A DNA stretch of 60,018 nucleotides from Bacilli bacterium. GTDB lineage: Bacteria > Bacillota_I > Bacilli_A > JBKEDG01. A program made the translations under genes and the position numbers. Below the pieces are notes generated by a model. It did not search any database, was not told the DNA's origin, and worked only from the letters and a program-made list of their open reading frames with translations. Below are positions 28,934-38,150 of this stretch, in pieces (within the stretch, counting starts at the first letter, position 1; each line of letters opens with the position of its first letter). The stretch is from positions 1 to 60,018 of the forward strand of contig JBKEBI010000023.1 of NCBI GenBank assembly GCA_047973085.1, read 5' to 3'.

Positions 28934-29545
28934 TTACTTGATGATTCTACCATCAATACCAATTATAATCTCTTTAATAGGAATTGATAAATTGCTTAGT
29001 TCTAACGCTTGATTAATAATATACTTTAATCCACTACAACATGGAACTTCCATAATAGCTAGTGTGATTGTTTTAATATTATTGCTACTAAATATTTGTG
29101 CTAGCTTACTAACATATTCATTATCTTGATCTAATTTTGGACATGCAATAACAATTGACTTATCAATAACTAGATTATTATACACTTGCGGATTTGTAAA
29201 AGAAGTACAATCAGCTGCGATTAAAATATTGCTGTCTCTAAAAAACTCTGCTGTAGGTCTGACTAATTTTAATTGAATAGGCCATTGTTTTAAAGGTGTT
29301 GTTTCATTAATATTTTTAAGTTTTATATTTTGTCTTGTTTTATTAAAGTCACTATTTTGAACATCTGTTATTTTAATTGCATCTACTGGGCATTGTGGTA
29401 AGCACATACCAAGTCCATCACAATAGCTATCATCAACTAATTTAGCTTTGCCATCTATTAGTTGCAAAGCATCTTGATTACATGCATTTACACATAAGCT
29501 ACATCCAATACATTTTTCTTCATTTATTTCAATAATTTTCCTCAT
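28934..29545 (-). CDS. 4Fe-4S dicluster domain-containing iron-sulfur protein
   Basis: CIGCSLCVNAC and CDGLGMCLPQCP ferredoxin motifs plus a Cys-containing C-terminal domain. Confidence 0.75.
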   Translation of the reverse strand: MRKIIEINEEKCIGCSLCVNACNQDALQLIDGKAKLVDDSYCDGLGMCLPQCPVDAIKITDVQNSDFNKTRQNIKLKNINETTPLKQWPIQLKLVRPTAEFFRDSNILIAADCTSFTNPQVYNNLVIDKSIVIACPKLDQDNEYVSKLAQIFSSNNIKTITLAIMEVPCCSGLKYIINQALELSNLSIPIKEIIIGIDGRIIK

Positions 29546-29611
29546 TTTTCCACCTCATCTAATATTATAATGTATTACAAGTAAATTTTCATCAAATATG
29601 ATATAAATTTT

Positions 29612-30115
29612 CTAATCATCTGCTAAACAATTTACTAAATCTGTAATTTTATTTGTTAGTTCATCTATATCTTGATTGAATCCAGAAAGTGCCCAATTTC
29701 TTATTGAAAATCCTATTCCTCCAGAAATAAATTGAATTGTTGTTTGATCTAAATTAGTGAAAGATGTTAATAAAGTGGCATCTTTTTTTATATTAAATAA
29801 TATTTTTCTTAGTTGAATTGAATTTACTAAATATGAATTTATATTAGATTTTTTTAATGAGTTTAGCCTTTATCTAAGCAATTCATTAAAAGGTATATTT
29901 TCTGAAGAACTAGAAAAGTCAAAAATATTTTTTATAAACTCTGATGCAATTTCATCTTTATTTTCAAAATGTCTGTATATGGTAGTTCTAGATATTTTGG
30001 ATAATTTAGAAATTTCTCCTATTGTAATATCATCATAGCTCTTTTTTTCAAGTAGTAGAGCTAAGGTATTTAAAATTTTTTGTTTAGTTTGTATTATTTG
30101 TATTGATTTTCCCAT
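29612..30115 (-). pseudogene. TetR/AcrR-family regulator interrupted by an in-frame TAA
   Basis: N-terminal HTH (ITIGEISKLSKISRTTIYRHFENK) ends at TAA (29870-29872). The same frame continues RLNSLKKSNINSYL...GIGFSIRNWALSGF... to TAG at 29612-29614. Confidence 0.75.
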
Positions 30116-31278
30116 TAATTTCTCCTATTTTTTTGTAAATGTATAAATCTAAGTAGTAATAATAATGCGATGGTGTAAATAATTGCATTGAAGTAAAATG
30201 TGTTACTATTAATGTTATTAAATAGAAAGGTTACAATTAGTGGTCCCGTAACAAGCCCAATAGATTTGAATGATTCGCGAACACCAATTATCGATCCATA
30301 ATGACTAGTAATATTTTTTGATATATAAGTTTGTTCTATTGATAAGTACATTACTGTAAGGCATGCATATATTAAATACGATATATACAATACAGTATTG
30401 TTTTTTACTGTGAATGTAATTAAAAGTGATATGATTATAAAAATCAAGATAACTTTAAGCATAGTAAGTAGCTTTAATCTTTTAGCGAGTATAGGTACAA
30501 AGATTAAAGTTGCAATTCCACCTGCGATTCCTGTAATCATAATAAATGTTCCAATTCCTTCGCTAGTAAAACCATTGTTATTTAAAAAAACGTCAAAGAA
30601 TTTTGCAACGTTATTTCTGGCAAATGTCCAAAATAATACTACAAACATAAAGTATAGAATATTATCATCTATTGTTTTTATTAAAGATAAATTTTTTATA
30701 AAACTTTTTCGCTCAGTTTGTATTGTTGCAGTTTTGGGATAGAAAAATAAAATAATTATTGCTACAAAAATAGAAAAATAGCCTTGAATTATCAATGTAT
30801 TTGATGGAGAAAATACCATTCCTAGTTTTCCACCTATAAAATATCCTATTGATCCTGCTAACATGCCAACTGATGTAATGATTGAAATATTTCGTGCCCT
30901 AGTTTTATTAGTTGATATTTCTGAAAATGAGGCTATAATATTACTAAATATTGCCGCAGCAAATACACCAGAAATCATTCTACCAATTAAGATTATTTGG
31001 ATTGTACTTCCATATCCAAAAAATAGTTGTCCAACTCCATAGCCTGCAATTCCAATTGCAACGATATATTTTCTACCATAATTATCACCCTTATTTCCCC
31101 AAAATGGTGAAAATAGCGCAAGTGAAAACGCCATCGTTGAAAATAATATTCCAAAGTAGCGTTCGTTGATATTTACATCTTCTAAAAATGCAGGAGTAAC
31201 AGGGTGTCCAAAGTTTAATGCTGCATATGTTAAAATACCAATTATTGTAAGAATTACTACATCTTTTTTTCTATCCAT
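30115..31278 (-). CDS. MFS transporter
   Basis: 12-TM profile with GNKGDNYGRK-type loop motif. Its stop overlaps the tetR start (TAATG). Confidence 0.85.
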   Translation of the reverse strand: MDRKKDVVILTIIGILTYAALNFGHPVTPAFLEDVNINERYFGILFSTMAFSLALFSPFWGNKGDNYGRKYIVAIGIAGYGVGQLFFGYGSTIQIILIGRMISGVFAAAIFSNIIASFSEISTNKTRARNISIITSVGMLAGSIGYFIGGKLGMVFSPSNTLIIQGYFSIFVAIIILFFYPKTATIQTERKSFIKNLSLIKTIDDNILYFMFVVLFWTFARNNVAKFFDVFLNNNGFTSEGIGTFIMITGIAGGIATLIFVPILAKRLKLLTMLKVILIFIIISLLITFTVKNNTVLYISYLIYACLTVMYLSIEQTYISKNITSHYGSIIGVRESFKSIGLVTGPLIVTFLFNNINSNTFYFNAIIYTIALLLLLRFIHLQKNRRN

Positions 31279-31347
31279 AATTACCTCACTATCACTATAA
31301 TTATAACATAAATAGCAAATATTTTCTAATGAGATTATATGTTGAAT

Positions 31348-32010
31348 TTAAATCAAACTTTCAAAATAATCAATATTTAAAATTATAAATTTATTTTTTT
31401 TATAATCTATAATTTTTTGGTTTTTTAATTCAATTAATTCTTTTGATAATGAGGTTCTATTTACTCCTAAATATTCTGACATTTGTTGCCTGTTTAGTTT
31501 TACTTCAAAAAATGTTTTATTTTGATAATTATAATTCTTTAAGTACGAAAATAGTTTTTTTCTTAAAGTTTTTAGAGCTAGTGTTGATAAATGCTCAGTT
31601 GTATTGTAGGTTGTATTTGCAAGTGCAAATATCAAGTTATCTTTAAATTTTCTTACAGTATTGTTTTCATTTTTTAAAATTTTGTCAACATCAAAATATA
31701 ATACTCTAGAGTCAACAACTGCAGTAACCGTACAATTTGATTCTTTTTTTGTAATTGCAAATATATATGCAAAGAAACTCCCTTCTAAAAGTTTGCTTTT
31801 TAAAAATACATTTCCATCAATGTCACTTTGATAAATTGTAGCCTCACCATCTAACAATACATGGAAATAATTAGTTTTATCTCCCTCATTAATAATAATT
31901 TCTTGTTTTTTAAATTTTTTTTCAAAACTATTTCCAAGTGAAAGTAGTGAAGAGATTTCTTCTTCACTAAGGTTTTTGAATATCAAACTTTTTTTAAAAA
32001 TATTTTTCAT
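31348..32010 (-). CDS. Crp/Fnr-family transcriptional regulator
   Basis: N-terminal cNMP-binding-like domain and C-terminal HTH (RQQMSEYLGVNRTSLSKEL). Confidence 0.8.
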   Translation of the reverse strand: MKNIFKKSLIFKNLSEEEISSLLSLGNSFEKKFKKQEIIINEGDKTNYFHVLLDGEATIYQSDIDGNVFLKSKLLEGSFFAYIFAITKKESNCTVTAVVDSRVLYFDVDKILKNENNTVRKFKDNLIFALANTTYNTTEHLSTLALKTLRKKLFSYLKNYNYQNKTFFEVKLNRQQMSEYLGVNRTSLSKELIELKNQKIIDYKKNKFIILNIDYFESLI

Positions 32011-32201
32011 AAATTCATATTAACACATGTGCAGAATACCGTCAAATTAAGTGATTTTTATTAGTTGTAATAATACATGTATAAATGGTACTAATTGAAA
32101 ATGCAAAAAAGATAAAAATAGTTGTTTTTTTGTTGAATAACAATAAATAGTGTAGTATTATGAAGATGTTGAATAATCGTAAATAAGATAGGAGAGAGTT
32201 T

Positions 32202-33392
32202 ATGGAACCAGTATATATAATTGATGCAAAAAGAACAGCAACAGGATCATTTTTTGGAAGTTTAGCTAATATGCATCCTGCAGAGTTTGGAAGTGTAGTT
32301 GTAAAAAACCTTATTGAGGTTAATAATATAAATAGAGATGATATTGATGAAGTTATTTGTGGAAATGTTTTAGGAGCTGGACTTGGGCAAGGAATTGGTC
32401 GTCAGATTCTAATTAATGCAGGTATTCCTCAGGAAAAGGTTGGGTATAGTGTAAATATGATTTGTGGTTCAGGTATTAAATCAATAATGCTTGGATATAG
32501 TCAAATAACAAGTGGGTTAGCAAACTTAATAGTTGCAGGTGGTAGTGAGTCGATGACAAATGCACCGTTTCTTAATGCTAGCCAGAGAAAAGGGAATAAA
32601 CTTGGAGATGTAAAGATTTACGATCATATTTTAAAAGACGCACTAACTGATGCATTTACAGGAATTCATATGGGAGTTACAGCAGAAAATATTGCTGAGA
32701 AGTATAACATATCTAGAAAAGAGCAAGATGACTTTGCTTTTAGTTCTCAAGTTAATGCTAGAGCTGCAATTAATGAAGGAAAATTCACTGATGAAATAGT
32801 GCCAGTTGAAATAGTTGGAAGAAAAGAGACTGTTATTTTTGATACAGATGAATATGTTAATTTTAATACAAATATAGAAAAATTAGGAAAACTTCGTCCA
32901 GCTTTTATTAAAGAGGGAACAGTTACAGCAGGGAATGCTAGTGGAATAAATGATGGTGCAAGTTTTGTATTGCTTGCTTCAAAAGAATATGTTGAAAAGC
33001 ATAATATAAAGCCTATTGCCAAAATTATTGCTATAGGTCAAGGTGGAGTAGATCCACAAATTATGGGAATGGGCCCAGTAGCAGCTATAGAAGATTTGCT
33101 GTCTAAAACAGATGTGAAACTTGATGAAGTCGAGCTGTTTGAACTAAATGAGGCTTTTGCTGCACAAAGCTTAGGAGTTTTAAAAGAACTAAAAAGTAAG
33201 TATGGTTTAGATATTAGTGATAAAACAAATATAAATGGTGGTGCTATTGCAATTGGACATCCTGTTGGGGCAAGTGGTGCTAGAATTACAACTACATTAG
33301 TGCATGAAATGAAAAGAAATGGATTTAAATACGGAATTGCTTCGCTTTGCATTGGTGGAGGAATGGGAGTTGCGCTATTAATTGAAAAATAG
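32202..33392 (+). CDS. Acetyl-CoA C-acetyltransferase (thiolase)
   Basis: Thiolase motifs: VNMICGSG (active-site Cys), NGGAIAIGHPVGASG, ASLCIGGGMG. Confidence 0.95.
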   Translation: MEPVYIIDAKRTATGSFFGSLANMHPAEFGSVVVKNLIEVNNINRDDIDEVICGNVLGAGLGQGIGRQILINAGIPQEKVGYSVNMICGSGIKSIMLGYSQITSGLANLIVAGGSESMTNAPFLNASQRKGNKLGDVKIYDHILKDALTDAFTGIHMGVTAENIAEKYNISRKEQDDFAFSSQVNARAAINEGKFTDEIVPVEIVGRKETVIFDTDEYVNFNTNIEKLGKLRPAFIKEGTVTAGNASGINDGASFVLLASKEYVEKHNIKPIAKIIAIGQGGVDPQIMGMGPVAAIEDLLSKTDVKLDEVELFELNEAFAAQSLGVLKELKSKYGLDISDKTNINGGAIAIGHPVGASGARITTTLVHEMKRNGFKYGIASLCIGGGMGVALLIEK

Positions 33393-33414
33393 TAGGTTTT
33401 TCTACTATTTTTTT
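33386..33414 (+). terminator. Rho-independent terminator after the thiolase gene
   Basis: Stem aatagtag/ctactatt, 6-nt loop, long T-run. Confidence 0.75.
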
Positions 33415-33423
33415 TATAAAAGT

Positions 33424-33441
33424 TTGTTAGATTTTTAACAT
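33424..33441. promoter_or_regulatory. Candidate Rex operator overlapping the hydrogenase promoter
   Basis: TTGTTAGATTTTTAACAT compared with the clostridial Rex consensus TTGTTAANNNNTTAACAA: 12 of 14 specified positions match. Confidence 0.4.
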
Positions 33442-33493
33442 AGTATGTTATACTATAAATATAAAAAAGAAAGGGTAAGGGAGGTAGTAAGAA

Positions 33494-33988
33494 GTGTGTG
33501 GTAAGGATTGTAAAGCTGAAGTATCAATAGATTATAGTGAACTTGATATGTTTATTTCTAATCTTGAAGAAAAAGATCAGTCTTCATTAATTAAGACATT
33601 ACATTATGCTCAAAGTGTTTATGGATATTTATCAGTGGAAACTCAAACTCGTATTGCAAAAGCTTTAAATGTAGCTACATCACATGTATATGGTGTTGTT
33701 TCATTTTATAGCTACTTTACAGATAAGCCAAGAGGAGAGCACATTATAAAAGTGTGTATAGGAACAGCTTGTTATGTAAAAGGATCAGGAGACATTTTAA
33801 AAGTAATTAGCGAAATGATTGGTGTTAAACCAGGAGAAACATCAGATGATTTACAATTTAGTTTAGAAGGTACAAGATGTATCGGTGCTTGTGGTCTTGC
33901 TCCAGTATTTACTATTGGTGAAGAAGTCTATGGTAATACTAATGTTGAGGAAACAAGAGAAATAATTAACGGATATCTAAATAAATAA
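33494..33988 (+). CDS. NuoE-like [2Fe-2S] subunit of NAD(P)-linked [FeFe]-hydrogenase (HydC/HndA)
   Basis: NuoE/thioredoxin-like [2Fe-2S] Cys pattern (VCIGTAC...CIGACGLAP). GTG start after AGGGAGG. Confidence 0.85.
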   Translation: MCGKDCKAEVSIDYSELDMFISNLEEKDQSSLIKTLHYAQSVYGYLSVETQTRIAKALNVATSHVYGVVSFYSYFTDKPRGEHIIKVCIGTACYVKGSGDILKVISEMIGVKPGETSDDLQFSLEGTRCIGACGLAPVFTIGEEVYGNTNVEETREIINGYLNK

Positions 33989-33998
33989 GGAGGCTACA

Positions 33999-34361
33999 AT
34001 GAAAAGTATTGAGGAATTAAAAAAAATTCGTGAATCTGCTAAGCGAAATATTGATATGAGAAGCTCTAAAAACGGTTATCGTATTTTAGTTGGAATGGCA
34101 ACATGTGGTATTGCCTCAGGAGCTAAGCCAGTAATGGCAAAGTTTGTTGAAGAAGTGGCTAGAAAAAATCTTGAAAATGTTGTTGTTACTCAGGTAGGAT
34201 GTATTGGGAAATGTGCATATGAGCCGATTGTCGAAATAGTTGACTCTGAGGGTAGAAAGACAATCTATGCAAATGTTACTGAAGAGAAAGTTGTAGAAAT
34301 AGTTAATAGTCATATTGAAAACAATACGGTTGTTGATGAATACAAACTTTCAAATAACTAA
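33999..34361 (+). CDS. Thioredoxin-like [2Fe-2S] ferredoxin subunit (HndB-like)
   Basis: 120 aa with MATCGIASGA...VGCIGKCAYEP. Confidence 0.75.
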   Translation: MKSIEELKKIRESAKRNIDMRSSKNGYRILVGMATCGIASGAKPVMAKFVEEVARKNLENVVVTQVGCIGKCAYEPIVEIVDSEGRKTIYANVTEEKVVEIVNSHIENNTVVDEYKLSNN

Positions 34362-34373
34362 GAAAGGGGAACC

Positions 34374-36164
34374 ATGATGTTAGAGAGAACTCAAGTATTA
34401 ATATGTGGTGGGACTGGCTGTTTAAGTTCTAAAGCATTAGAAATAAAAAATGAATTTGAGAAAAATCTAAAAGAATTAGGAATAAAAGATGAAGTTGGTG
34501 TAGTACTTACTGGTTGTTTTGGACTATGTGAGAAAGGACCAATTGTAATTGTTTATCCAGACGAAACATTTTATTCTAAAGTAAAAGTAGACGATGTTGC
34601 TAGAATTTGTGAAGAACATTTATATAAAGGTAGAATTGTAAAAGATCTAGTGTTTGAAGAAGTTTTAGAAGATGATATTGTAAAGGCATTTAATGATATT
34701 GGATTTTATCGTACTCAAAAACGTATTGCCCTTAGAAATTGTGGGGTAATTAATCCATTTGAAATAGAGGAATATATTGCTAATGATGGTTATTTTGCAC
34801 TTGCAAGTATTTTAGAAGAAAATACTCCTGAAGATGTAATTGATATTATGAAAAAATCTGGTCTTAGGGGACGTGGAGGCGGAGGATTCCCAACAGGAAT
34901 GAAGTGGGAATTTGCTGCAAAGGAAGAGTCTGAGCAAAAATATGTTTTGTGTAATGCAGATGAGGGAGATCCTGGAGCATTTATGGATCGTGCTATTCTA
35001 GAAGGTGATCCTCATAGTGTAATAGAAGCGATGGCGATTTGTGGATATGCAATCGGGGCTAGTCAAGGTTATTTTTATATTCGTGCGGAGTATCCAATTG
35101 CGGTAGAGCGTGTTGAGCATGCTCTAAAACAAGCATATGAGTATGGGTTGCTAGGTAAAAATATTTTTGACAGTGGTTTTTCGTTTGATTTGGAAGTAAG
35201 ACTTGGTGCTGGCGCATTTGTATGTGGTGAAGAAACAGCTCTAATTGCTTCAATTGAAGGTGAACGTGGGATGCCAAGAAACAAGCCACCATTTCCAGCT
35301 GTAAAAGGACTTTTCCAAGAACCAACTATTATTAACAATGTTGAAACTTTAGCTAATATACCTATAATTATTAATAAAGGTGCAGATTGGTACAGTTCAA
35401 TTGGTACAGAAGAGTCACCAGGAACAAAGGTATTTGCTTTAGGTGGAAAAATTGCGAATACTGGATTAGTAGAAGTCCCAATGGGAACAAAACTTCGTGA
35501 TATTATATATAATATTGGTGGAGGAATTCCAGAAGGGAAGGAATTTAAAGCAGTACAAACAGGTGGACCTAGTGGAGGGGTAATTCCAAAGGAACATTTA
35601 GATGTAGCTATTGAATATCAAACTCTTAAAGATATTGGAACAATGATGGGTTCAGGAGGAATGATCGTCCTTGATGAAACTGATTGTATTGTAGATATTG
35701 CGAAATTTTATTTGGAATTTACTTGTGAAGAATCGTGCGGTAAATGTACACCGTGTCGTGTAGGAACAACTCGTTTATTAGAAATTTTAGAAAAAATTAC
35801 TGAAGGTAATGGTACGGAAGAAGACCTTGTTACTTTAAAAAATCTTTCTGAAACAATTGTTGATACATCATTATGTGGACTTGGTAAAAGTGCACCTAAT
35901 CCAATTTTATCAACGCTAAATTATTTTTATGATGAGTATTTAGCGCATGTAAGAGATAAAAAATGTCCTGCGGGAGTTTGTCAAAATTTACTAGAAATTT
36001 TTATTACTGATAGTTGTATTGGTTGTACAAAATGTAGTAGAGTTTGTCCAGTTGACTGTATAGATGGAAAAGTTAAAGAGTTGCATGTAATTGATCAAGA
36101 TACGTGTATTAAATGTAGCGCTTGTATTGATGCATGTCCTGTAGATGCAATAATTAAAAGGTAG
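34374..36164 (+). CDS. NuoF-like flavoprotein subunit (HydB/HndC) with NAD(P)H/FMN site and C-terminal 4Fe-4S ferredoxin domains
   Basis: GRGGGGFPTG and CGKCTPCR motifs. Two CxxCxxCxxxCP motifs at the C-terminus. Confidence 0.9.
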   Translation: MMLERTQVLICGGTGCLSSKALEIKNEFEKNLKELGIKDEVGVVLTGCFGLCEKGPIVIVYPDETFYSKVKVDDVARICEEHLYKGRIVKDLVFEEVLEDDIVKAFNDIGFYRTQKRIALRNCGVINPFEIEEYIANDGYFALASILEENTPEDVIDIMKKSGLRGRGGGGFPTGMKWEFAAKEESEQKYVLCNADEGDPGAFMDRAILEGDPHSVIEAMAICGYAIGASQGYFYIRAEYPIAVERVEHALKQAYEYGLLGKNIFDSGFSFDLEVRLGAGAFVCGEETALIASIEGERGMPRNKPPFPAVKGLFQEPTIINNVETLANIPIIINKGADWYSSIGTEESPGTKVFALGGKIANTGLVEVPMGTKLRDIIYNIGGGIPEGKEFKAVQTGGPSGGVIPKEHLDVAIEYQTLKDIGTMMGSGGMIVLDETDCIVDIAKFYLEFTCEESCGKCTPCRVGTTRLLEILEKITEGNGTEEDLVTLKNLSETIVDTSLCGLGKSAPNPILSTLNYFYDEYLAHVRDKKCPAGVCQNLLEIFITDSCIGCTKCSRVCPVDCIDGKVKELHVIDQDTCIKCSACIDACPVDAIIKR

Positions 36165-36171
36165 GTGCAAA

Positions 36172-37905
36172 ATGAAAATATTTATTAACGGAATAGAATT
36201 TGAGGCTACAAAAGGTGAAACAATTTTAGACGTAGCAAAAAGAAATGGCTTTCACATTCCTACTTTATGTCATTTAAAGCTTGAGGATATGTGTTATGAA
36301 AATAAACCTGTTTCTTGTAGAGTTTGTATGGTTGATGCAGGAACTAATGAAAATATGAACTTGGTACCAGCATGTGGAACAGAAGTATATGAAGGAATGG
36401 CTGTTGATACAGATACAGCAAAGGCAATTAATGCAAGAAGAACTAATGTAGAACTTTTACTTTCAAATCATCCAAATGATTGTTTATTTTGTGATCGTTC
36501 TACAAATTGTGATTTACAGAAGATGGCTTATGACTTAAATGTGAGAAATGTTAGATATAAAGGAAAAAAATCAGATTATGGAATTGATGCAAGCTCACCG
36601 TCAATCGTTAAAAATCTTGACAAGTGTGTACTTTGTAGAAGGTGTGAAAGTATTTGTCGTGAAGTACAGGCAGTTAGTGTTTATTCGGATATTAATCGTG
36701 GGTTTGAAACGGTTATTGCTCCAGCATTTAACAAACCATTACATGAAACAAATTGTACATTTTGTGGACAATGTGTGAGTGTTTGTCCAACAGCTGCGCT
36801 TACTGAGGTAAATAATGTTGGCAAAGTTTGGGATGTTATCAATGATTCAGATAAAATTGTAGTAGTACAAACAGCACCAGCAGTTCGTGTGGCGATTGCT
36901 GAAGAGTTTGGAGCAGAACCAGGAACAATTACAACTGGAAAAATGGTTGCTGCACAGAGAAGACTTGGCTTTGACTATGTTTTTGATACAAACTGGGGTG
37001 CAGATTTAACAATTGTTGAAGAAGCAAATGAAGTAATGCAAAGGCTTCAAGGGAAAGGTAGACTTCCGATTTTGACTTCTTGTTGTCCTGCTTGGGTAAA
37101 GTTTATTGAGCACCAGTTTCCTTCTTTAATTGATGTTCCTTCGTCATGTAAATCACCTCATGAAATGTTTGGAGCAATTACAAAGACATATTTTGCTGAA
37201 AAACTAGGGGTTAATCCAAAAGATCTTATTGTAGTTTCAGTTATGCCATGTGTTGCAAAAAAATATGAGGCAGCAAGATCAGAACTTGAAGCAGACGGGA
37301 ATCAAGATGTAGATTTAGTTATTACTTCTCGTGAATTTGCACGAATGGTTAAAGAGTCAGGAATTTCGTATATGGATTTACCTGATGAAGAATTTGATAA
37401 TCCTCTTGGAGAATCAACTGGAGCTGCGCAAATATTTGGTACGACAGGTGGAGTGCTAGAAGCAGCGCTTAGAACAGTTTCAAGTTGGTTAGGTGATGAT
37501 AGTGAAAAATCATTGAACTTTGAAAGTGTTCGTGGTTTAGATGGAATCAAAGAAGCATCTATTATGGCAGGAGATCGTGAAGTAAAAGTTGCGGCTGCTC
37601 ATGGGCTAGGAAATGCTAAGAAGCTTTTAAAAGATATTGAAAGTGGAAATAATAAATATGATGTTATAGAGATTATGGCATGCCCAGGTGGTTGTATTGC
37701 TGGTGGTGGTCAACCTTATCACCATGGTAATAGAGAAATTATAAAAAAACGTATGAACTCAATGTATGAAATTGATAATAAAAAACAAGTTAGAAGAAGT
37801 CATGAAAATGAAGACATTAAAAGAGTTTATGAAGAGTTTTTAGGTGAAATTGGCGGAGAGAAAGCTCACAAACTACTTCATACACATTATGTAAAAAGAG
37901 ATTAA
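36172..37905 (+). CDS. hydA: [FeFe]-hydrogenase catalytic subunit (HydA/HndD)
   Basis: H-cluster signatures TSCCPAW, MPCVAKKYE and EIMACPGGCIAGGGQP. N-terminal 2Fe-2S and 4Fe-4S domains. Confidence 0.95.
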   Translation: MKIFINGIEFEATKGETILDVAKRNGFHIPTLCHLKLEDMCYENKPVSCRVCMVDAGTNENMNLVPACGTEVYEGMAVDTDTAKAINARRTNVELLLSNHPNDCLFCDRSTNCDLQKMAYDLNVRNVRYKGKKSDYGIDASSPSIVKNLDKCVLCRRCESICREVQAVSVYSDINRGFETVIAPAFNKPLHETNCTFCGQCVSVCPTAALTEVNNVGKVWDVINDSDKIVVVQTAPAVRVAIAEEFGAEPGTITTGKMVAAQRRLGFDYVFDTNWGADLTIVEEANEVMQRLQGKGRLPILTSCCPAWVKFIEHQFPSLIDVPSSCKSPHEMFGAITKTYFAEKLGVNPKDLIVVSVMPCVAKKYEAARSELEADGNQDVDLVITSREFARMVKESGISYMDLPDEEFDNPLGESTGAAQIFGTTGGVLEAALRTVSSWLGDDSEKSLNFESVRGLDGIKEASIMAGDREVKVAAAHGLGNAKKLLKDIESGNNKYDVIEIMACPGGCIAGGGQPYHHGNREIIKKRMNSMYEIDNKKQVRRSHENEDIKRVYEEFLGEIGGEKAHKLLHTHYVKRD

Positions 37906-37911
37906 TTTATT

Positions 37912-37938
37912 GCTAGGAGTAAAATCCTAGCTTTTTTT
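37912..37938 (+). terminator. Rho-independent terminator after hydA
   Basis: Stem gctagga/tcctagc, 6-nt loop, T7 run. Confidence 0.8.
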
Positions 37939-38150
37939 ATTCTAAAAAGTTAAAATTCTGGGTTATTTTATAACTAAACATAGATTTTAATTGACATTTA
38001 TCTAAGTTTATGTGTAGAATGGTATAAACATAGAATATTATATTGGGGCTATAATATTCTAAATATTTTAGTATATAAGCATACTAAAATATAATAAAAA
38101 AGCATAATTATTAATAAAAAATGATTATGGAAATATAAGGAGGATATAAA

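Noticed and set aside
32120-32140. TTGTTGAATAACAA palindrome upstream of the thiolase gene as a Rex box
   Set aside because: The half-sites are only 5 bp and the spacing is 4 nt shorter than the 18-bp Rex consensus. It overlaps a plausible TTGAAT -35 element and is better explained as promoter sequence.
38054-38070. AATATTCTAAATATT upstream of oppA as a CodY box
   Set aside because: It matches AATTTTCWGAAAATT at only 12 of 15 positions. Matches of that quality are expected by chance in roughly 70% A+T intergenic DNA.
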